NCBI GenBank assembly: GCA_028286645.1
Contig: JAQBRF010000004.1
Span: 18,830 to 82,829, forward strand
Source: Candidatus Nomurabacteria bacterium
GTDB lineage: Bacteria > Patescibacteriota > Minisyncoccia > Phycocordibacterales > UBA5272
Direction of reading: 5' to 3'
DNA length: 64,000 bases
Of this stretch, positions 59,210-64,000 are shown one piece after another. The notes beneath the pieces were generated by a model. It was not told where the DNA came from. It did not search any database and worked only from the letters and a program-made list of their open reading frames with translations. The translations under genes were made by a program, and so were the position numbers. Numbering within the stretch: position 1 is the first letter of the stretch; the number at the start of each line of letters is the position of its first letter.

Positions 59210-59848
59210 TCAGTCGAGTTGCCAGCCTTCGGCGATCATTTCCTTACGGATTTGATCGACGAACTTGGGGCAGAGAAGCGGAATCATGAGCGCCCAGAGT
59301 TCCTTCGCGTGAGCGAGCACCGTAGGGTGCTGGAACATCGCATGGTAGCAATCGAAGTCCTTCTGTTCCCAGTCGCCGTTGTGGTCGATGGTCGAGCAGA
59401 CGAGCGTGTTCGCCGCCGCATCCCATCGATGAGTCTCGATCCGCATGAGGAGATCTTCTCTCCACTGCGGCCAGCCTTCAATGCGACGCTTGATGACGAC
59501 GCGTGCCCCCATCTGAACTGCATATGCGGTGAAGCGCAAGCCCTTCGAGTTAAGGGCTCGGGAAAGAAATTTCGCATTCCTGCCGATAGCGAGAATGCGC
59601 CCGCGCTTGGTACGTTCCTCGGTACTTCCGCGCTTGGTATCGCGAAAGTATAACCACTCGCCGACACGCTGCCCATTGCCACCGATCTCCACCATTTCCA
59701 TCTCGCTCGGATCGAACGGACAGCCGATGATGGGGTCGGTGCTAAATATAGCGACGCCGAGTTGCCGAGCACGAGGGGTGAAATCCACCCCACCCTTGTT
59801 CGCCCACGTTTTCCAATTCCCAGGATTACGGACTTTGCTGATATTCAT
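59210..59848 (-). CDS. Hypothetical protein (GC-rich cassette gene)
   Basis: 212 aa, TTGACA-16-TATACT at 59939-59912, AAGGA SD, terminator ~59158-59201. Confidence 0.78.
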   Translation of the reverse strand: MNISKVRNPGNWKTWANKGGVDFTPRARQLGVAIFSTDPIIGCPFDPSEMEMVEIGGNGQRVGEWLYFRDTKRGSTEERTKRGRILAIGRNAKFLSRALNSKGLRFTAYAVQMGARVVIKRRIEGWPQWREDLLMRIETHRWDAAANTLVCSTIDHNGDWEQKDFDCYHAMFQHPTVLAHAKELWALMIPLLCPKFVDQIRKEMIAEGWQLD

Positions 59849-60135
59849 GGCAATCCTTCCATTGTTAGGGATTCAAAAGGCATAAATATGCCCAAACCAT
59901 ATTCAAATGACAGTATACCATAAATATGTTAGATGTCAATAGAATGATTATTATGTAGGGATCGCGTCTCGCTTTGCTCGACATCCTACATTTTTATAAT
60001 CACTTCGTTCATTAAAAATGTGGACCTTTGCTCCGCACCTGGGACGATATCCGATCTGTTTGTTAGAGGAGAAGTAAAAAAGCCCACGAGAAGCGGTTGG
60101 GCTAATCGTGGGCTAGGCTTTCTAGGTAACTTCCG

Positions 60136-60519
60136 TTACCAGCGGCTGGCGCATCGAAAATAACTTTCATAGTACATCTCTTCTTTAACTGTCCGTCCAC
60201 AGAATGAACAGACGGCGCCTGTTTTAAGTGGTTCGTGGTCGACATGCACAAACCTATAGGCATAACGATACATTGCCTCTATCGCTTCCTGGCGTTCTTT
60301 AAAGCTGGGGTGCTCTTTTCCGTCTAGTTGATAATGGGCAACCCACTGCTCATCAACTAGTTCAATGTCACCCATTGGACGTTCACCCCACGGGGTAGCC
60401 TCCCAAAGATTGTAGCGCTGGTTGTGCCCATCTACGTGAACGAGCTCAACTACCCGTGCCACATCCGCCCTCCAAATGTCTTTAAGGCGGAGTGAGACTT
60501 TTTCGGATTCTTTGCTCAC
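60136..60519 (-). CDS. Hypothetical protein with C-terminal CxxC (cassette gene)
   Basis: AAGGAG SD before GTG 60519, TTGACA-17-TATAGT at 60579-60551, terminator ~60076-60114. Confidence 0.72.
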   Translation of the reverse strand: MSKESEKVSLRLKDIWRADVARVVELVHVDGHNQRYNLWEATPWGERPMGDIELVDEQWVAHYQLDGKEHPSFKERQEAIEAMYRYAYRFVHVDHEPLKTGAVCSFCGRTVKEEMYYESYFRCASRW

Positions 60520-60585
60520 GTTCCACTCCTTGTGTACAAGATTTAACAAGACTATACAATATAAAAATACTTCTGTCAAAGATGA

Positions 60586-60600
60586 GCTCCGTGGGTAGGA
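60586..60600 (-). repeat. tRNA-Asn 3'-end fragment (att-like)
   Basis: GCTCCGTGGGTAGG identical to 62475-62488. Confidence 0.85.
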
Positions 60601-60736
60601 CTCCCTTTTCCCTTTGGTCGAAACTCACTATTTTTATTGTCATTCCATTTCTTAAAAATAGGAGCCTTTGGTTCGATCCCAAACTCATAAAGCTAGAAAT
60701 AACAAAAGCCCGACATGAAGTCGGGCTTTTGTTATT

Positions 60737-60817
60737 TTGCTCCCAATGCTGTCCAAGTTCAGAACCCTGAATTGGAGAAGTATAGATATTGAAATGAAAC
60801 AATTTAGTTTTGTATAA
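60737..60817 (+). repeat. Orphan recombinase-like C-terminal tail, copy 1
   Basis: LLPMLSKFRTLNWRSIDIEMKQFSFV*; homologous to 61329..61409 and 61670..61771. Confidence 0.75.
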
Positions 60818-60858
60818 AAAAAACCCACTCGCCGAAGCGAGGGGCTGAAGCGAGTGTT

Positions 60859-61254
60859 TCAGCACTCGATGCTCATATCTTGTACTACCAAAAGTTCGAA
60901 TGGGTCCAGCTCATAAGCTACCATGCTGTAACCCTCTTCGTGACTGTTTTTCTTCGAAACAGTCCACTTGAGAATCGCAACTCCCATGTAAGGATGCTGT
61001 GAAAGCGGAGGAGTGCGGAGACTTTGTATGTCGAGCGTGAGAACGCCCATCGCGATCTGATCGGGATAAACCTGCTTGAGCTCTTCGAGGATCTGCTTTC
61101 GTCCGTAGAGTATGCCGTCTCTGCTAGCATACACGGCATCAGGAGCGTACCCATTACAGAATCCTTCTAAGTCTCCAGCATTCCAGAGTCTAATGGCTCT
61201 GTGATTGAATTCAGTTACTTTTTGAGCAAAAGCAATGTCATAAGGTCCGCTCAT
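60859..61254 (-). CDS. SnoaL/NTF2-like (DUF4440-like) protein (cassette gene)
   Basis: WNAGDLEGFCNGYAPDAVY...GRKQI; TTGACG-17-TAGTGT promoter at 61324-61296; GGGAG SD. Confidence 0.8.
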   Translation of the reverse strand: MSGPYDIAFAQKVTEFNHRAIRLWNAGDLEGFCNGYAPDAVYASRDGILYGRKQILEELKQVYPDQIAMGVLTLDIQSLRTPPLSQHPYMGVAILKWTVSKKNSHEEGYSMVAYELDPFELLVVQDMSIEC

Positions 61255-61328
61255 TTATTTCTCCCAGAACATATGCGTAAAAACGCGATAAGCACACACT
61301 ACAATATTAAAATAATAACGTCAACCTC

Positions 61329-61409
61329 TGGCTCCCTCTACTAAACAAATTCAGAACTCTGAATTGGAGGAATATAAAAATTGAAATGAAACAATTGAGT
61401 TTTGTATAA
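61329..61409 (+). repeat. Orphan recombinase-like C-terminal tail, copy 2
   Basis: WLPLLNKFRTLNWRNIKIEMKQLSFV*. Confidence 0.75.
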
Positions 61410-61414
61410 AAAAG

Positions 61415-61607
61415 AAAACCCGCTGGCTAGGCGGGGTGGAGATAGGCGCGAAGCCTTCTCACGCGGGGACGTATTCCATTTTGGAGCGCCCCGTGTAGTA
61501 CTGCGTGTTATTTCTGTGGTCGTTGCAGACCTCGTAGAGCGCGATGTGACACGGTAGCCACCCTGAACAATGCTTGTGCTCATTTTTTGCCACCAGTAAC
61601 TTTGCAT
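61415..61607 (-). pseudogene. Small cassette gene, possibly frameshifted
   Basis: GAGGAG SD and ATG at 61607, but that frame reads through the terminator; another frame (AKNEHKHCSGWLPCH...EYVPA*) stops just before it. Confidence 0.4.
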
Positions 61608-61625
61608 AGTTAGCTCCTCAGAATA

Positions 61626-61665
61626 TGACAAATACCAGTATATCATATATACTGGTATTTGTCAA
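61626..61665 (-). promoter_or_regulatory. Promoter embedded in a perfect 17-bp inverted repeat
   Basis: TGACAAATACCAGTATA-tcata-TATACTGGTATTTGTCA; minus strand reads TTGACA-17-TATACT. Confidence 0.8.
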
Positions 61666-61669
61666 TATG

Positions 61670-61771
61670 TGGCTCCCTATAGTAAGTAAGTTCAGAACTT
61701 TAAATTGGGTACAAGTTGAGAAAGAGCTGAGGTGCTTGAGCCTAGTAGAAACCATCTTCTCCATTGTATAA
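61670..61771 (+). repeat. Orphan recombinase-like C-terminal tail, copy 3
   Basis: WLPIVSKFRTLNWVQVEKELRCLSLVETIFSIV*. Confidence 0.72.
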
Positions 61772-61801
61772 AAACAGGAAGTGGCCAATAAATAAAGAAA
61801 T

Positions 61802-61960
61802 TTAACGTTTGAATGCAAAAGACATCAATATGATGATTAAGGCATTAAGAACCACCAACACTAAGACTGTCTGCCATTTTGCTGTAAGTGGATTATTTAT
61901 AATATAAACCGTATAGATTATTGCAACAATCGCAGCACCGAGAAAATTTCCTTTTATCAT
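61802..61960 (-). CDS. Small two-TM membrane protein
   Basis: Two hydrophobic segments; start taken at MIKGNF. Confidence 0.55.
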   Translation of the reverse strand: MIKGNFLGAAIVAIIYTVYIINNPLTAKWQTVLVLVVLNALIIILMSFAFKR

Positions 61961-61994
61961 ATTTTTATATTTATTTATTAAATTTATAAACAAC

Positions 61995-62240
61995 CTATCT
62001 TCTAAACAACTCTGAAAACTTTAACTTGAGAATTCCCAACAAATAAATAATTTCAAGAACACCTAAAGTGTGCACAAAGATAAATAAAATAAACCACAAA
62101 AGTTGGCCTCGTTTTGCTGAATGCCACAACCCAAGTCCTGCCCAAAAAAGACTCCACAGAATAACTAGAAAAAACGTTAGTTGATGTGTGTGTATCCAGA
62201 TGGATAATCCTACTCCTGATGAATTGTTCATATCTTTCAT
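61995..62240 (-). CDS. Small membrane protein (DUF5652-like)
   Basis: LWSLFW.GLGLWHSAKRGQ..WF...HTLGVLEIIY. Confidence 0.75.
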   Translation of the reverse strand: MKDMNNSSGVGLSIWIHTHQLTFFLVILWSLFWAGLGLWHSAKRGQLLWFILFIFVHTLGVLEIIYLLGILKLKFSELFRR

Positions 62241-62319
62241 TATACATCTTATTGTTAAAATAGTTCTTAAACCTATTTGGGTGTCATAATAAGCCTTGAT
62301 AAATAAGGCTCAAAAAAGT

Positions 62320-62422
62320 GCTCCGTGGGTAGGGATCGGTCACAAAACTACTCGCTTTGCTCGAGAAAGTTTCGCGACCCCGTATTCGATCCCTAACGCA
62401 AGCAAAGCAGTTTGCTTGCTCC
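62320..62422. repeat. tRNA-derived inverted element (att-like 19-nt duplication, inverted T-arm, hairpin)
   Basis: GCTCCGTGGGTAGGGATCG identical to the tRNA end; TTCGATCCCTA inverted; GCAAGCAAA-gcag-TTTGCTTGC. Confidence 0.8.
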
Positions 62423-62432
62423 TTTAGAAACG

Positions 62433-62473
62433 AATTGAAAATACCAGAGAAAGAATCTCTGGTATTTTCAATT
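62433..62473 (-). terminator. tRNA terminator hairpin
   Basis: AATTGAAAATACCAGAGA/TCTCTGGTATTTTCAATT immediately 3' of the tRNA. Confidence 0.75.
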
Positions 62474-62475
62474 TG

Positions 62476-62821
62476 CTCCGTGGGTAGGGATCGAACCTAC
62501 GACCAATTCCTTACATTTATCCTAAAGTTTCCTAAAGGGATGGACTATATCATCACCCGTATTTTTACAAATCGAGGGTGCAAGGCGCTTCGGACCAGTT
62601 TTATCTGGCACTACTCCTTTCGGATAGTCTCTACACCTTCCCCCCACTAATTTTGTTTTAAATATTTAAAACAAAATTAGTGGGGGGCTTGGCTCGGTAT
62701 TACCCTCCATCGGTTAGATGGGGAGGGCTTCACCGAATTCACCTTGTTTTTCAATTCACCTTACGATGAAAAGCTGCGTTTATTGCCACAGGGAACTGCT
62801 CTACCGCTGAGCTACCACGGA
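62476..62821 (-). tRNA. tRNA-Asn(GTT), split by a group I intron; exons 62821-62788 and 62513-62476
   Basis: Joined exons give TCCGTGG TA GCTC AGCGGTA GAGC A GTTCC CT GTT AA GGAAT TGGTC GTAGG TTCGATC CCTAC CCACGGA G, a 72-nt cloverleaf; CCA not encoded. Confidence 0.92.
62514..62787 (-). ncRNA. Group I intron (274 nt, no ORF) between anticodon positions 35 and 36
   Basis: Exon 1 ends in U, intron ends in G; P GAATTCGGTGAA, Q AATACCGAGC, R GTGTAGAGACTA, S ATGATATAGTCC. Confidence 0.92.
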
Positions 62822-62894
62822 ATATATAAACCTATTTGATTATAGCAATTTATGTGATTATGGCAACCTTAACACCAGATGTTATACTTAATTT

Positions 62895-63239
62895 ATGTTA
62901 AAGAGATGCAGTAAGCATGGTGAGACGAAACATTTCAAAAGATTAGATGCAACTTTTCGTTGTGGTAAATGTGCTTCTTTGTGGGTAATAAATAACAGAC
63001 GAAATAAAAAGCAGAAACTAATTAAATTATTTGGAGGAAAATGTATTGTTTGTGGATATGATAAATATGCAGGGGCTTTGGATTTTCATCATACGGATCC
63101 AAAAAATAAATCTTTCGCCTTAAGTGTTAAAGGGCTGTCTTATTCTTGGGAAAGCATTTTAGTTGAAGCGAAGAAATGTATTCTGGTATGCAAAAACTGT
63201 CATGCCGAAATTGAAGCCGACATTAATAAAGTAATTTGA
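62895..63239 (+). CDS. Small free-standing HNH endonuclease-like protein
   Basis: CSKH..CGKC zinc knuckle, GGKCIVCGY, LDFHH.DP, LVCKNCHAE. Confidence 0.8.
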   Translation: MLKRCSKHGETKHFKRLDATFRCGKCASLWVINNRRNKKQKLIKLFGGKCIVCGYDKYAGALDFHHTDPKNKSFALSVKGLSYSWESILVEAKKCILVCKNCHAEIEADINKVI

Positions 63240-63258
63240 TATAAAATCTAAAAATACT

Positions 63259-63975
63259 CTATGAAAGCTCGGTCTGGGTGTGATATGTATGATGAAGCTT
63301 TCTATAAAGATAAGTCATGGCCAGAAGACTAACGGGCACTGTAATTAATAGCCCAATTCCAAGTGCGATAATACCCACTATATTAAATAAAACAATGAGT
63401 ATTAGAAACCCAAAGATTTTCCAGAATCTACCTCTTGTAATTTCCATGCTTTTTTTGATTGCATCAATGGGCCCGATATCCTTTATATCAATTACAATGA
63501 ATTTATAAAATTGCAGACGAACTATCACATAAACGCCGAATAATGCAAGTAGAATAAAAACACTTCCAAGCCCGATAGTTAGATCAGTTACTGCGTGAGG
63601 AATAAAGGTTTCACCCCGCAAACTTGAAAGAAAATAAAGCACTAAAAGTACAGCGATAGGAGCCCACAATACCACCATTATTAATCCGACAAGAATGGAA
63701 GCCAAAATATAATTAAGAGTGATCTTATAATCTTTGAAGTTCTTTACTAAGTCGCCATATGTCGGAGTTTGGTTATTTGTAATAACTAAAGCCACTGTAG
63801 TAAGAGCAATGCTTACAATTATTCCAACGATTGCCCCAAGGAGGGGTACACGGTTACAAATCATGGTCACAACGCCTGCTAAAATTAATACGATTATTAA
63901 GTACCAGGCATTTTCTTTATATTTTGCCCATGAGTCAGTAAAGATATCTTTAATGGAAATGTGTTGTGTTGTCAT
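63259..63975 (-). CDS. Integral membrane protein (DUF975-like)
   Basis: Multiple TM helices, DAIKKSMEITRGRFW, GIGLLITVPV. Confidence 0.8.
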   Translation of the reverse strand: MTTQHISIKDIFTDSWAKYKENAWYLIIVLILAGVVTMICNRVPLLGAIVGIIVSIALTTVALVITNNQTPTYGDLVKNFKDYKITLNYILASILVGLIMVVLWAPIAVLLVLYFLSSLRGETFIPHAVTDLTIGLGSVFILLALFGVYVIVRLQFYKFIVIDIKDIGPIDAIKKSMEITRGRFWKIFGFLILIVLFNIVGIIALGIGLLITVPVSLLAMTYLYRKLHHTYHTQTELS

Positions 63976-64000
63976 GAAAATAGTATACAGTCTCCAGTTT

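Larger units (their letters stand above)
57440..62475. mobile_element. tRNA-Asn-anchored array of non-autonomous gene cassettes
   Basis: Repeated tRNA 3'-end fragments (GCTCC cores) separate promoter-ORF-terminator units; no integrase seen. Confidence 0.65.

Noticed and set aside
59219-59885. Several overlapping ORFs in other frames
   Set aside because: Expected in GC-rich DNA; only 59210..59848 has promoter, SD and terminator
62278-62310. dif/Xer site
   Set aside because: Only the left arm loosely resembles XerC; the right arm does not fit, and the segment is better explained as the AGCCTT/AAGGCT palindrome beside the att copy
62357-62650. 97-aa plus-strand ORF
   Set aside because: Antisense to the tRNA exon, intron and terminator; not protein-like

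Overview
A bacterial chromosome segment with an AT-rich backbone. Its features point to Patescibacteria/CPR (Parcubacteria-like), which is an inference: near-leaderless gene starts, a NusB-NUDIX fusion, a giant GNVGIGT-repeat surface protein and an intron-split tRNA-Asn. Housekeeping genes include mpg (partial), uvrC-like, nrdAB, rnj, secG, dnaE, rnhB, rpmF, nusB, rnc, an ABC-F ATPase and malic enzyme. The notable signal is accessory DNA made of self-contained, more GC-rich expression cassettes (TTGAC promoter, Shine-Dalgarno, small orphan ORF or ORF-less structured RNA, GC hairpin terminator). They form a cluster at ~9.2-15.8 kb punctuated by repeated 3' tails of a wHTH gene, occur as solo insertions, and form an array at ~57.4-62.5 kb attached to the 3' end of tRNA-Asn. 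In that array, junctions carry the tRNA-terminal GCTCC core, four cassette -35 boxes lie exactly 6 nt from that core, and five cores begin orphan peptide tails resembling recombinase C-termini. No recombinase is visible in the window. The tRNA-Asn(GTT) contains a 274-nt group I intron inside the anticodon and lies back-to-back with a free-standing HNH gene. All product calls come from motif recognition by eye; no database search was run.
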